64,000 bases of DNA from Mantamonas sphyraenae STR306. Taxonomy: Eukaryota > Protista > CRuMs. The notes below the pieces were generated by a model. It was given only the letters and a program-made list of their open reading frames with translations. It did not search any database and was not told the DNA's origin. Both the position numbers and the translations under genes were made by a program. Below, piece after piece: positions 31,651 to 43,800 of this stretch. Each line of letters begins with the position of its first letter. The first letter of the stretch is position 1. The stretch is taken from positions 186,001 through 250,000 of the forward strand of contig JAPMXV010000019.1 in NCBI GenBank assembly GCA_026936335.1, in the 5' to 3' direction.

Positions 31651-34600
31651 ATGCTCAGACGCAACGGATCGTCCCCGGCCAGGCGCGCAAGTGCATCGTT
31701 GTCATCGTACGACATGCGTGGCTCACCGGCGGATGTGCGGCTGTTTTCGTACGAGGCCGAAGACCGTCTGGTGGCGGAGGCGGAGCGGGAGCAGGACGCC
31801 CACCGCCGCTCGTGGCAGGATGGTGAGGCGATGACACAGGAGGAGACGGGCACGAGTCCCCCGTCTCCAAATGCATCGGTGGTATCCTTGTCAGACAAGT
31901 ATGCGGCGCTGTCCGAGTCGCTGCGTGCGTCGCCGTGGAAGGTGACGAGTGCCAACGATTCGCTACGTGTGTACGACCGTGTGGGCCAAGAGAGCGCTCG
32001 CAGAGACCAGGGAGCTGGCATGGAATCGAGTTGGTCGGGTAGCCACAGCATGGAGGGTCGCACGTCGTCACAGGGCCACGCGTCGTCGTCAGCCGGGCGG
32101 AGGCAGTTGCGGATGAGCGAACTTGGCGCGCAACGAAGCGGACGACAAGCAAGCGGGAACGGCAGCTGCAAGCGGACGTGGAACGGCTGCAACGCGCATA
32201 CGACGACACAAACAACAAGCTGACGCGTAGCTACAACACCATTCGACAGCTGCGTGGCGAGGTGCAACGCGTCCAGGGCAAGGAGCGCAGCGGGGGGAAC
32301 GCTGGCGCCCAGGCTGAGCTAGCTGTGACGGGCACACAGACAGATGCGGGCGGAGAGGAAGTGGGACTGGACACACAGGGCCAAGTGCAACAGAAACGGC
32401 TTCTGGAGCGAATGAGGCGTGAACTGGCGGACCTGCACGGGTATGTGGAGGTGTTGGAGGAGCAGCGGTCGAGCAGCAACGCAAACATTGCGGCGTATCG
32501 CGAGGCGACCGAGTTGCTGCAGGCTGAAGAGGCTGAACACTACGAGCAGTTGGTGGCGTTGGATGCCAAGGTGGGTGAGATGGAGGAGGAGAGGACGCGG
32601 TTGCGTGAACTGTACGAGGCGGAACGGGAAAAGACGGCCGTGCTGAGGGAGCACCTGGTGCACCTGAAGAGGTCGGAGAACGAGCTGAATGAGCAGGTGA
32701 GCACACTGCATCACAGCATGGATCTGGTGAGTGAACGCAGCCGCGCAAAGGACAACGAGTTGCAGGATATCGCAAAGCCACACAGACGGTGGCCATGCTG
32801 GAAGGCCAGGTGCGCGATGTCAGCGGCCAATTGGTGCAGGCACGGCAGGAGCTGGCGTGGACAGTGAATCAGCTGAAGCAAAGCCGCGCGGCGCTGGCAG
32901 ACACAAAAGAGGCGTTGTTTGAGCGCGACGTGGCCAGCCAAAGGCACTTGGGTCAGATGACAGAGCAGAGGGATGCGTACCGTGGCGAGGTGCAGGAGCT
33001 GCGTGTGCGTTGCAACACGCTGCAGATGAAGTTGGACGATGCGTTGGCGTCGTACAGTAGCCACCTGAACAGCCAGCAGCAGAGCTTGGAAGAGGTGGAT
33101 GCTGCTCGGCGAGCGTACGAACAGAGCAACGGGGCACTGGACAAGAACAACGCACTGCTTTCGCTGCAACTGGAGCAGACGAGACATGAGCTGCAGCAGG
33201 TGAGCATGCAGCTTGCGCAGGCAAACGAAGAGCAGGGGCGAGCGCGCACGAGTGCAGCGGAGGAGGTGAACAAGCTGGAGCAGGAGGTGCAGGAGCAGAA
33301 GCACAAGAATGCGCTGCTGTTGGCACGAAAGAATGAGCTGGAGCGAGAAGTGGAGTCGAGCAGGGTGCAGGCCGCGGCCATGGAGCACAGGATTGGTGCG
33401 CTGGAGAAGCTGGTTGTGGAGAAGGAAAGGGAGATGAAACAGGTGCGTGATCAGTATCAGGGGATGCTGAGCAACAGCGGAGAGGAAAACAGGGAGCTGC
33501 GGGAGAGCGCAGCACGGAGCGTGGTGCTGGAAGAGCAACTGAACATGACGAGCGCCGAGCAAGCACGACTGACGGCGGAATTGGCAACGGCACAAACGCA
33601 GCTGCAGTACCAACAGAACGAAAACGAACTGCTGAGCAGCTCGTTGCGACTGACCAAGTCGCAGCTGAAGAGTGTGAGCGAACGCGACGCGGCGGTGGAA
33701 ACGAAGCTGGCATCGATGAACGAGTCACGCATACAGGAGCACAGTGTGATGCGGCAGATGGAGTCGCAGATTCGCGAGCTGAAGAGCAGCATGGTTGCTG
33801 TGGAGGAGGCGCACAGGAGGGAGAAGGAGGAGTTGGTGCGGCAATTGACGAGCGGCAAGGAGGATGCCAAGGAGGAGGCTGTGGAAGTGCAGGCAGTGGC
33901 TGCCAGCGTGCACAGTGCCATGATGAGCGAGGCAGTGCAGGCAGAGATTGAACGGCTGCGGCAGTCGATTGTGGAGGAGCGAGAGTTGTTGGCAAAGGAG
34001 CCGCAACGAGCGGAGGAAGACACAGAGTGGCAGGGCGGCAACCGAATGGCCTCGGCACAAATCGACGAGGTGGTTGCACTGAAGGCACACGTTCAGCTTC
34101 TGGAACAGCAGCTGGAGCAGAAGGAGGAGCTGATGGGCAGGGAACGGGACAGGATGGAGGCCAAGCTGAGCGAATTTGTGGCGATCTCGGACGACGTGGC
34201 GCGCAAGCGGCACCAGAACGATGCAGCGATGCAAAACAAGATCTACGAGGTGATGTCGCAGCTTGTGAGTGTAGCCAGGCAGCACAAACACTATCGCCTG
34301 GTGTTGAAACAGGCGTCTGCGGCAAAGCAGGTTCTGGAGGAGGTGTTGGAGGAGGTTGGAGCAGGAGATGATGAAGAAGAAGGCAGCGGGCTGAGAGAGG
34401 AAGTACAGGCGTGCATCGACAAACTGGAGACGCTGCTGGAGACGAATCAGTGGTCGACCATCAGCAGGGAGAGCAAAGACGAAGCACTGGCCATCCTGGC
34501 GTCGGGAGAGTCGCAGGTGCTGCAAGTTGCGCTGGAAGCGGAGAATGCACGGCTAAAGGAGGATCTGCGGACGCAAAAGGCCATGTCGGAGCTGCTGCGG

Positions 34601-34924
34601 CAATTGGCCAATGTGCGTGTGGCGGGCAAGGCGATGCAAGTGCAGCACAGGGTGCGTGAGGAAGAGGAGGAGCAGGGAGGAGAAGAGGAATTGCAAAGGA
34701 GTCTGGCGAGTAGTCTGGCGAGCAGTGGAGGGTCGTCGGGAGGTCTGAGTGGTGGCGGTGGCGGGCGCAGTAGCAACCGGTTGCTGGGTTCACCAGGGTC
34801 TCCGACGCTGGCGTCGTTGATGAACCGCAGGGCGGTGGCTGATGGAAGCAGTGCAGAGAGGCGGCATTCGAGTTCGATGATGTCGCTGCGGGATTTGACG
34901 CTGTCGCCGAGCAGCGTGGATTGA
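31651..34924 (+). CDS. Long coiled-coil protein of ~1090 aa (two 1-bp frameshifts near 32130 and 32767)
   Basis: Three consecutive ORF segments with continuous heptad E/Q/L-rich composition join after single-base repairs. Confidence 0.7.
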
Positions 34925-34954
34925 GGCAGAAGAAAGGCTTTCGTTTCCTTCCGA

Positions 34955-36847
34955 ATGTTTGTGCGGCAGACGGGATTGGGGCCTGGGGTGGCCAAGGGTA
35001 GGGTGTGGCAATCAGTGCGTGGGTATGCGACGGATCTGTCCGAGTTTACGATTGACAAGGTGCGCAACTATGCGATTGTGGCGCACGTTGATCACGGCAA
35101 GTCGACGCTGGCGTCCAAATTGCTCGAGAGGACCGGGGCCATTGCCACGGTGAGCGAGGGCACGGCGTCACAAGTGTTGGACAATCTACAGGTGGAACAA
35201 GAGCGAGGGATCACGGTCAAGGCGCAAACGGCGTCGATTGTGTACGAGGGCCACCTGCTGAACTTGATTGACACGCCTGGGCACGTGGACTTTGCGTACG
35301 AAGTGGACAGGTCTCTGGAAGCGTGCCAAGGGGTGCTGTTGCTCGTGGATGCGGCCAAGGGAATCCAGGCACAGACGGTGCAGACGTTCTTTTCGGCGTT
35401 TGCCAAGGACCTGGCGGTGATTCCCGTGTTGAACAAGGTGGACCTGCCGACAGCGGACGTGCCCAGCGTGCTGGCGTCGCTGGAGAGTGCGTTTGACATT
35501 GATCCGTCGACGGTGCTGCAAATCTCTGCGAAAACAGGTCTGGGTGTGGACTCTGTGCTGCCTGCGATTGTGGAGCGCATTCCGGCGCCGCAGGGGGAGG
35601 TGGGGGGTCTGCCGCGTGCACTGCTGTTTGACTCGTGGTACGACCCGTACCGAGGGGTCATTTGTCTGGTAAAGATGGTGGATGGGGTGTTGAAGCAGGG
35701 GGAGACCATCGAGACGGTTCACAACGGGCGGCGGTACGAACTGCTGGAGGTGGGGATCATGGCACCGCAGCGGCAGCCCGTGAATACTCTGTACACAGGG
35801 CAGGTGGGCTATGTGATCACGGGCATGAAGAGTGTGCGAGACGCGCTGGTTGGGGACACAGTGTGTCTTGCGTCGAAACGGGACGAGGTGCACGTGTTGC
35901 CTGGATTCAAGAAGCCAAAGCCGTTGGTGTACGCTGGCATCTATCCGCTGGACACGAGCGAGTTTCCGGCGTTGGCGACGGCCATGGAGAAGCTGTGTTT
36001 GCATGACAGCAGCGTGTCTGTGTCCAAGGAGTCGAGCTCTCTGGGAATGGGCTTTCGGTGCGGTTTCCTTGGACTGCTGCACATGGATGTGTACCGACAG
36101 CGGCTGGAACAGGAGTATGACATGGAGGTGCTTGTGACGCAGCCCAGCGTGACGTACCAGGCAGTGCTGAAGAACGGGCGCGAGGCACCGGCGCAGGAGA
36201 TCACGTCGCCGGCGGACTTTCCAGAGTCGAGCGAGGTGGCAGAGTACCGCGAACCGATGGTGGAGGTGACCATCAACACGCCGCTGGAACACATGGGAGC
36301 CATCATGCAAATGATTGTGAAGCGAAGGGGCAAGGACATGGACATGAGCACGCAAGTGATGTCGACAAAGGACGCGATTCTGACGTGCAGGCTGCCGTTG
36401 GCAGAGTTGATCAGCGACTTTTTCGACCAGCTGAAATCCATCACAAGCGGGTATGGGTCGTTGAGCTACGAGGAAGCGGGCTTTGAGGCGAGCAAGCTTT
36501 GCAAGCTGGACATCCAGCTGAACGGGGAGGTTGTGGATGCGCTGACGAGCATTGTACATACGTCTCAGGCGCAGTATGTGGGGCGGCAGGTTGCGAAGCA
36601 GCTGAAGGAGGTGATTCCAAGGCAGCAGTTCCAGATCGCCATTCAGGCGTGCGTGGGATCCAAGGTCCTTGCACGGGAGACGATCAAGGCGTACAGGAAG
36701 GATGTGACGGCCAAGTTGTACGGAGGAGACGTGACGCGCAAACAGAAGCTGCTGGCGAAGCAGAAGAAGGGCAAGAAGCGGATGAAGCAGATTGGCAAGG
36801 TGGAGATTCCGCACGAGGCCTTTGTGGCAGTGCGATCCAAGGGATGA
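34955..36847 (+). CDS. GUF1: Mitochondrial translation factor GUF1/LepA (EF4)
   Basis: AHVDHGKSTLA, ERGITVKAQ, DTPGHVDF, NKVD, GFRCGFLGLLHM, KLYGGDVTRK. Confidence 0.97.
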   Translation: MFVRQTGLGPGVAKGRVWQSVRGYATDLSEFTIDKVRNYAIVAHVDHGKSTLASKLLERTGAIATVSEGTASQVLDNLQVEQERGITVKAQTASIVYEGHLLNLIDTPGHVDFAYEVDRSLEACQGVLLLVDAAKGIQAQTVQTFFSAFAKDLAVIPVLNKVDLPTADVPSVLASLESAFDIDPSTVLQISAKTGLGVDSVLPAIVERIPAPQGEVGGLPRALLFDSWYDPYRGVICLVKMVDGVLKQGETIETVHNGRRYELLEVGIMAPQRQPVNTLYTGQVGYVITGMKSVRDALVGDTVCLASKRDEVHVLPGFKKPKPLVYAGIYPLDTSEFPALATAMEKLCLHDSSVSVSKESSSLGMGFRCGFLGLLHMDVYRQRLEQEYDMEVLVTQPSVTYQAVLKNGREAPAQEITSPADFPESSEVAEYREPMVEVTINTPLEHMGAIMQMIVKRRGKDMDMSTQVMSTKDAILTCRLPLAELISDFFDQLKSITSGYGSLSYEEAGFEASKLCKLDIQLNGEVVDALTSIVHTSQAQYVGRQVAKQLKEVIPRQQFQIAIQACVGSKVLARETIKAYRKDVTAKLYGGDVTRKQKLLAKQKKGKKRMKQIGKVEIPHEAFVAVRSKG

Positions 36848-36988
36848 GGGATGAGGTTCGCAGAAAAAATGTACATTGGAGGAAGGGCGTGGCTGAATCC
36901 ACCCATCAATGGAGGCCGTCGTGGTCAAAGTTCCAGCCGTCGGGATCGACGAGGGTGGAGTAGCAGCCGCGGCTGTCCTGGTCTGCGT

Positions 36989-38021
36989 TCATGCAGCAGC
37001 TCCACACGGGAGCGTCTTCAATGGACGAGTGTTCCCACACGCCAGTGTGTTTCCAGATGCGAAACTTGCGGGAGCGCTGGACGCCAATCTTCTTGTGGAA
37101 GCGGCGCAGCTCTTGTTGTGCTCGGCGCGAGCGACTCGCATCTCTTCCTCCTGCTCCTTCTGGGCCTTGATTTGGAGGAGCTCGCGGCGAGACTTGTCTT
37201 CGCCGTGCATGTTTGCGTAGAGCTTGAGCTGGTGGTTGAGTTCAGCCTTTTCCTTGCGCTGCTGTTCGACGCGCTCCTTTTCGATCTGCTTGACGGTGTG
37301 GCGCTTGCGCGTCAAAGCGAGGGTCTTTTTGCGTTGGGAGCGCTTCATGGATTGTTGGAGTCTGCGGGAGGGGGAGGGGGGGAACGAGTGAGCAATCCGA
37401 CCGTTTTCCAGTGGGCGAGTGTTTTCGGGTGCACAACGCACTGCTTGTCAAAGGTGTCCCGTTCAGAGGAGTGGACAAAGGTGGAGGCGTTCCAGCTGGG
37501 CTTGTCCTCGAGGTCTGGGTGGTTGGGCATCTCCTTGCGGGAGGCAGAGGCGTGGTTGGGCAAGTCCTCGGACGGGCCCTTGACCAAAAGGTCTGGCTGG
37601 AAGGCAGAGGTGGAGGTGGAGGAGGTGGAGGTCGTGTTGGAGGCCGAGAGGGTGCGTGTGTCAAACTGAAACTTGTGTGTTTTGCGCTGGATCTGTTTGC
37701 TGTCCTGGCCAGGGAGCTTCTCGGCACGGAAGTTGTAGTTGAGCTTGACCGAGTCAAACTCGCTGAGGGTGCGCTTCATGGACGGGTCTGGGAAGCGAGA
37801 GCCCGTGTCGACACTGGTGTTCCAGGCGGGCGTCCCTCGCCCATGAGACGCTGCTTCACAAACTGCTGCTGAGCCTTTTTGCCCTGCTTGCCGCGTTGGG
37901 TCATGTCGGCATCGCCAAAGACGCGTTCGCCTGCACTAAAGTCGAGACGCTGTGTGTGTGTAGATCCCGGCTTGAACGCATGGCGAGAGTAGGTCTGCGG
38001 GTCGGCCAGACGCTTGGACAT
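36989..38021 (-). CDS. Hypothetical basic protein (one intron, one frameshift near 37829)
   Basis: Three ORF pieces join through a 1-bp repair and a GT-AG intron at about 37363-37441; the model fills the gap between GUF1 and BIVM. Confidence 0.55.
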
Positions 38022-38100
38022 GGTGGTGGGTTGTTTGCTTGGGGACGACGGAGCCCGAAGCGGTGCAACTCTGTTTGTGTGTGTGTGTGCCTGTGCTCGC

Positions 38101-39234
38101 ATGGCTGTGTACGTGGCGGCAGCGGTGTATGCGCTGGTGCACGTGTTTGGAGAGAACAGCGAGTATGAGGGGGAAGAGGAGGAAGAGGTGGAGGAGGAGC
38201 AGGGTGAAGGGCAAGAGGCTGGAGGGTCGACCGCTGGGGACGGGACGGCCAAGGGAGGTGAAGAGGGCGGCCTCAAGTCACCGAGCAAGCCGATCTTGAA
38301 GAACTGGGATGCGTCGAGCATGAGCAGCATGAGCTTGGAGATTGGGAAGAAGGGAGAGGAGGGTGGAGAGGGCGGGTTGGAGGATGTGGAGCAAGAGGGC
38401 GGGCCGTTGGTGTTGGTGGGACCCAATGGGACGGGCAGACGAGAGGAAAAGGAAGCACCGCGAACGATGCTGTCGCTGGTGGAGCGTAGCGAGCTGGGAG
38501 ACACGGCGGATGAGGGCCTGGTGGAGGTGGAGCGGTTCTTGGACGAAACGCGTTGGCAATGTCTGTGCAGGCCGCACTACACGGCAGGGAGCGGGCTAGC
38601 GTGCATTGTAAGTGTGTGGAACTTTCTGTACTCGACAGAGGGCCACGGGTTCCACCAGCCGTTGAGCCAGGAAGAAGCGCTGTTGATGCTTGGGTTCACG
38701 CCGCCTCTGGACGACCTGGACCTGCGTCAACACAGCAGCAACCAGACTGTGATGCACTGGTTTGATCGGTTGAACGTGCAGTACGGTGTAGAGGGCACGG
38801 CGCGGATGTTTTGGAAGAAACGTGGGTTGTGGCGGACGACGGTCGGGAGCGACGAGGTGCGGCGGAAGCTGAAGCAGGGGTTGCGCGAAGCCAACACGGC
38901 GTTTGTGTACCACTGTGAAGACCACTACCTGGTGCCGATTGGATACGAGGTGTCGCCGATCAGTCCGCACGACAGCACGCGCAAGTCGCTGCCACACAAT
39001 TCGACGACGACGTGGGTGGTGCTCGGGGACTCGGCCAAGGAGAGGGCACCGTTACGCAGTGTGCGCTTCAGTGTGATTGAGCGAGATTTGTCGTGCGAGA
39101 ACCCCGAGTACTTTGATGTGCGACACCCGTGGCGGGGCATCCAGACGCGCAGCGAGGGCCGTGCGTCGAATATGGGATCGAACGTGCATTGTGTGATGGT
39201 GTTTGCAGCCGCTGGGCAGCATGGGGATGTCTGA
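38101..39234 (+). CDS. BIVM: BIVM (basic immunoglobulin-like variable motif)-family protein
   Basis: RWQCLCRPHY..VSVWNFLYS..PLSQEEAL..LGFTPP..NQTVMHWF..VYHCEDHY..PIGYE matches the BIVM core as I recall it. Confidence 0.85.
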   Translation: MAVYVAAAVYALVHVFGENSEYEGEEEEEVEEEQGEGQEAGGSTAGDGTAKGGEEGGLKSPSKPILKNWDASSMSSMSLEIGKKGEEGGEGGLEDVEQEGGPLVLVGPNGTGRREEKEAPRTMLSLVERSELGDTADEGLVEVERFLDETRWQCLCRPHYTAGSGLACIVSVWNFLYSTEGHGFHQPLSQEEALLMLGFTPPLDDLDLRQHSSNQTVMHWFDRLNVQYGVEGTARMFWKKRGLWRTTVGSDEVRRKLKQGLREANTAFVYHCEDHYLVPIGYEVSPISPHDSTRKSLPHNSTTTWVVLGDSAKERAPLRSVRFSVIERDLSCENPEYFDVRHPWRGIQTRSEGRASNMGSNVHCVMVFAAAGQHGDV

Positions 39235-39259
39235 GGGATTTGGGGATTTTCTAGTTCAA

Positions 39260-40753
39260 TTACTGCTTCATCACCTTCATGGAACCCTTGGTCCTCCTGC
39301 GAAGCTCCTTCTTGCGCTTGCTGGCCTCGTACTTTTCGAGCTGTTTGGGGTCCATCTTCTTCATCATCTCCTTCTCCTCTTCGAGCTGCTTGCGCTTGCG
39401 CTCTTCGAGGCGGCGGGCAGCTTCCTCCTTGCGCTGTTCGTTGGTTTGCTTGGTGAGCTCGTCCTCGTAGGAGGAGCGGAGGTTCTTGGCGCGTGTTTTG
39501 CTGTTTGTGGAGAGGCGGATGTTGGGCAGCTGGTCGATGAGGGCAAAGAGGGCATCCATCCAGACCTGGAGGTCGGCCATCTTGTTCTTGCGGGGCAGGC
39601 GAAGGACGAGACGCATGGTCTGTTTGTGGGTGCTGAGCGGGTTGTGGTCGGTGACGTAGAGGTGCTCAAAGAGGTTGGGTTGCTGCTCAAAGGCGTCGCG
39701 GACTGGGGTGTTGATGAGGGAGGAGGCGCCGTCCTCGTTCTCGGAGATGAGGATCATCTTGGAGGGGAGGTTGAGCTTTTCGCCAGCGGTGCGGTAGGTC
39801 TTGCAGAAGTGGGCGATGTCCGAGTTGGATTTGCGGAGGGACTTTTCCTTCTTGGCAGCGGTGATGGCCATGACAAACTGGGGCATGTCCTGGGGCGGGA
39901 CAGCGACATCGATGACGAGCTGGTCGTGGGAGGCGGAAAACAGGTCCATGAACATGGCAAAGAGGTCGTGGCGGCCGACGAGGTCGAGGGTCATCTGGAC
40001 GCAGTGGACGTTGATGCGGCCGGTGGCGGTGAGGCGGAATTCGCTGCTGGACTCGCTCTTGAGGACGTCTTCGCCCTGCTTGCCGAGGCCAACCTGGAAA
40101 AAGTTGTCGTCGAGGAGGGAGCGGTAGGTTTTGAGCCACTCATGCGCGATGCCCTTGTTGATTTGGCTGCCGACGAGCCAATTGATGAGGTAGGCGACAA
40201 TAAAGGCAATGCAGGCAATCTCAAAGGACCAGTCATCGGGACCAAAGATGCCCACGTAGCCTTGGGGACCGCGGAAGCCTGCGAGGTCACCCTGGGGTTG
40301 GGAGTTGAAGCGAGAGGCGTCTGCTTCCTCGGCGGCTTGATCAGGAGAGAGGTCACCTTGGAGCGGAACAGAGGCCGTTGTGTCGGCAGACTGAGCCGGG
40401 GCGGCGGTAGGGGCAGATTGGGAAGCCGAGGAAGCTGTAGCGGCGGCAGAGGGAGGCGTGTTTGTGGCGGTGGTGTGGTGACGGGGCACGCCCTCGAATT
40501 CGTCTTGGTCGTAGTCGTCGTCCTGGAACTCGTCCTGGAAGTCGGCTTGGGTGAGGGTTTGTTGGGCCTGCTGGTCTGCGGCAGGGGCGTGTGGGGCGGA
40601 GGGCTGAGCCTGTGTGGCGTGCGCAGAGGGCGGGCTTTGGGACGGGTCTTCGTCTGCGTATTCGTCGCCGTCCGAGTCGTTCTGGGCGTGGGCGAGGGTT
40701 GCGGAGAGCAGCAGGAGGGCGAGAAGAAAGAGGGAACGCATGGTGAGGGACAT
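39260..40753 (-). CDS. CCDC47: CCDC47/DUF1682 ER PAT-complex subunit
   Basis: Signal peptide, acidic lumenal region, one TM, GSQINKGIAHEW, ESSSEFRLTATGR and a basic C-terminal coiled coil. Confidence 0.85.
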   Translation of the reverse strand: MSLTMRSLFLLALLLLSATLAHAQNDSDGDEYADEDPSQSPPSAHATQAQPSAPHAPAADQQAQQTLTQADFQDEFQDDDYDQDEFEGVPRHHTTATNTPPSAAATASSASQSAPTAAPAQSADTTASVPLQGDLSPDQAAEEADASRFNSQPQGDLAGFRGPQGYVGIFGPDDWSFEIACIAFIVAYLINWLVGSQINKGIAHEWLKTYRSLLDDNFFQVGLGKQGEDVLKSESSSEFRLTATGRINVHCVQMTLDLVGRHDLFAMFMDLFSASHDQLVIDVAVPPQDMPQFVMAITAAKKEKSLRKSNSDIAHFCKTYRTAGEKLNLPSKMILISENEDGASSLINTPVRDAFEQQPNLFEHLYVTDHNPLSTHKQTMRLVLRLPRKNKMADLQVWMDALFALIDQLPNIRLSTNSKTRAKNLRSSYEDELTKQTNEQRKEEAARRLEERKRKQLEEEKEMMKKMDPKQLEKYEASKRKKELRRRTKGSMKVMKQ

Positions 40754-40812
40754 GTGTTGTGCGTTGGAATGGGTTGGAAGCACTGGTGCAGGCAACAGGA
40801 CACAGGAGAAGA

Positions 40813-43800
40813 ATGGTGAGGGAGGAGAAGGGCATCGGGATGATGTGGCAGTGGGATGGCGTGGAGGAGGGGATGGTGTGTGCGTGTGGGGCTGACACGT
40901 GTGCAGTCGAACGTGCCGGTGCCGGTGGTTCTGGGGCGCAAGAGCAAGAAGAAAGGCGGGAGCACAGTAGACGATCCTGTGGTGCAACAAGGAGGTGAGT
41001 TGGGGGGGGAGGGTGTGATGGGCGATGGGCGATGGGTAGGGAGGAGGACGGATGAGGGCTGACAGCGGGTGCAGACGGATCGCAAGCGCCAGTGAAGCGG
41101 ATCGTGGTGAGCGGGAAGAAAAAGCGCGGCGCCAACGCAAAGAGCAGCTTGTCGAGCAAGCTGACGAGATACACAGGAGAAAGCAAGGGAGAGGAGAGTG
41201 TGGAGGAAGAGGAAGGGATGGTAAATCCAGAGTTGATGGCGCTGCTGTAAGTGAAGAGCGGGAGAGGGAATTGGAGACGGGTGGTTGGCGCGCATTCAAC
41301 GGGCAGGGTGTGGGAGAGCAAGGAGAGGACTGACACGGAGAATGGGTGGACGGACCACTGCACGGATGGGTGTGTGAGGACAGAAACAAGGTTTCGGGTG
41401 GAGTGGGCGCTGTACAGGGGAGCGGGGTGGAGGAAAGGCAGGCGGGCGCAAGAAGCGACACGCGGGAGTGACACGAAAGAAGCGACACAAGGAAAGCGAG
41501 GGAGGGGAGGAGGGAAACAGAGTGGAGGAAGGTGGGGAGGAAAGGGCTGGGAATGAGCAGGCGGAAGAAGGGAATGCGGAGGAGGTGCCGAGTGTGCAGG
41601 TGCTCAAAAAGGGTGGGCAACGACGAAAGAGGACAAGGAAGAGCAGTTTGGGGGAGAGCAGAGGGAACAAGGGACATACAGACGCGCTGGAGAAGCTGAG
41701 GCAAGTGAAAGAAGAAAACAGAGAGTTGCTGGGTCGCGGGAGCATGTCGACAGGGACACGGGAGAGTGGGAATGGGGCACCTGGGCGCGGGCGCACTGGG
41801 CCGCGCGGGCGAGTGTCGAGCGGACGAAGCAAGAGAAAGGCGACAAGGACGGGGAGCAAGGAGGGTCAAAGAGTGAAGGAGGCGGAGGAAGCAGTGCAGG
41901 AGGTTGCACGCAAGCCAGCTGTGCCGGTGATGAAACGGCGGGTGAGCAAGGGAAAGAAACGGAAGGGGCCGCGGAAGCACAAAGCACAAGCGTCGCAGGA
42001 GGAGAAGGTGGAGGAGAAGATCGCTTCTGTGCTGGGAGAGTTGGATGATGGGGATGAAAGCAGTGGAAGTGAGGATGGGTATTCGAGCAGTGATTTTGAG
42101 GAGGAGGAAGGAAAGGTGGGGGCGGGCGTGGCAGGCAAGGCTGGGAAGGGGTCTCAGAAGCAAGACGGGGAGAGTGGTACGACGACAACGACGACAACGA
42201 GTACGACGACCACGACGACGACCGCAACGACAGCATTGGATGCGCTGAGTGATACGAGCAGCAGTAGCGAGGAGGAGGAGGCGGCGGCCGGGGTTGATGA
42301 TTTGAGCAGCACAAGCAGTAGCGAGGATAGTGACGAGGATGAGGATGATGATGACGTGGGAGTGGAGGCACTGGCGGAGGCTGTGAGGGGGAAGGGCACG
42401 GGCAAGGGGAAAGGGAAAGGGAAGGGGAAGGGGAAAGGGAAAGGGAAGGGGAAGCTGGTGCCTGTGGTGACGCCTGGGAAGGGGGAACGAGGCGGCGTGT
42501 TGAACAAGGTGCACGTGGCGAGAGGAAAGTCGGGAGAGGAGAAGGAAGAGCAAACGGGAGAGGAGGAGTCGAAGCCGAAACGGGTAGACACACACAATGT
42601 GGGGTACAAACCGCTGTTCCGACCGTGGGACTCGTCGCGGCTGGAGAAGCCAAAGACAGAGGAGGAGAAGAAGCGGGCAGAAGCAAGGGCGCGTGCGGAG
42701 GAAGAGCGGAAAAAGGCACTGAAAGCCAGACCAGGCATGCGGGAGTACATCCGACAGCAGCGGGCAGAGGCGAAGAAGAAGGCAGCGGCGGAAAAGGCAG
42801 AGCGGGAAGAGTTGGAGAGGAAGCGTGCGGAGGCGCTGCAGGAGATTGAAGACATGCGGCGACGGGAGAGGGAGGAACTTGCGGAGAAGCGGAAGAAGGA
42901 ACGAGAGGAGCGTGAGAAGCGACTCAAGGCTGAGCGTGCGGCCGCGATGGAGAAACGCAAGGTGCGGGAAGGGATTTTCATCCCCGGGGGTGTGGTGCAT
43001 GTGGATAGGAGGGGGAAGAGGGAAGGATGGGCAAAGAGGACGGGGAGGACTCGGAGGAGGAAGAGGAGCAGGAGGAGGAGGTTGTGGTTGTAGGTCACAA
43101 GGGTAGGGGAGACCGTGGCGCGGGAAGTGTGTACCTGGAGGTTCCTCGAGGAGGGGCAGGATGGCAGGAGAGGGAACGGGACGAGGACACGCGGAGCGTA
43201 CGGTCGATCAGCTCGCAGCGAAGCGCGGCAGCTGTGGAGCAGCTTATGGAGGCGATGAAGGTGGGCACGGCGATGAACGGAAACAGGAAGCAGCCGGAGC
43301 AGCTGTTGGCCAGGCTGCAAAGGGAAAGGACGTCGCTGCTGCACAGGATGCGCGAGACGCGAAAGTTTACGCTGGAGAAGCTGCGAAACGTGGAGGAGAA
43401 TGCACGTGCGATGCAGGAGGAGGACGGGAGAGAGGAGAGGGGGGAGCGGATGCCCGAGCGAGAAGCAGCTGTGTTTGGATATGCAGGAAACGCACGGAAC
43501 GACGACGCGAGGCTGCAACGAGGGATGAACGCACGGCTGAGCACAGGGCACACGGACGCGAGCAAGAGGCGGAAGCAGGATGGGACGATGGAGCGACTGA
43601 AGCGTCTTCAAAGACGTATGGCAGGGATGGACGAGCGTGTGCGCGCGCTGCGCGAGGATGGGCCGGCGATGGGGTATGAAGAGCAGGAGCAGGAGCAGGA
43701 GGGTGTGGTTGAGGAGGAGGAGGAGGAGGGCGGAGATTGATATGCTGGAGGTGGTGCCGGTGGGGGTCATGAAGATCAGCGAAGTTGTACACCGGCAGAC

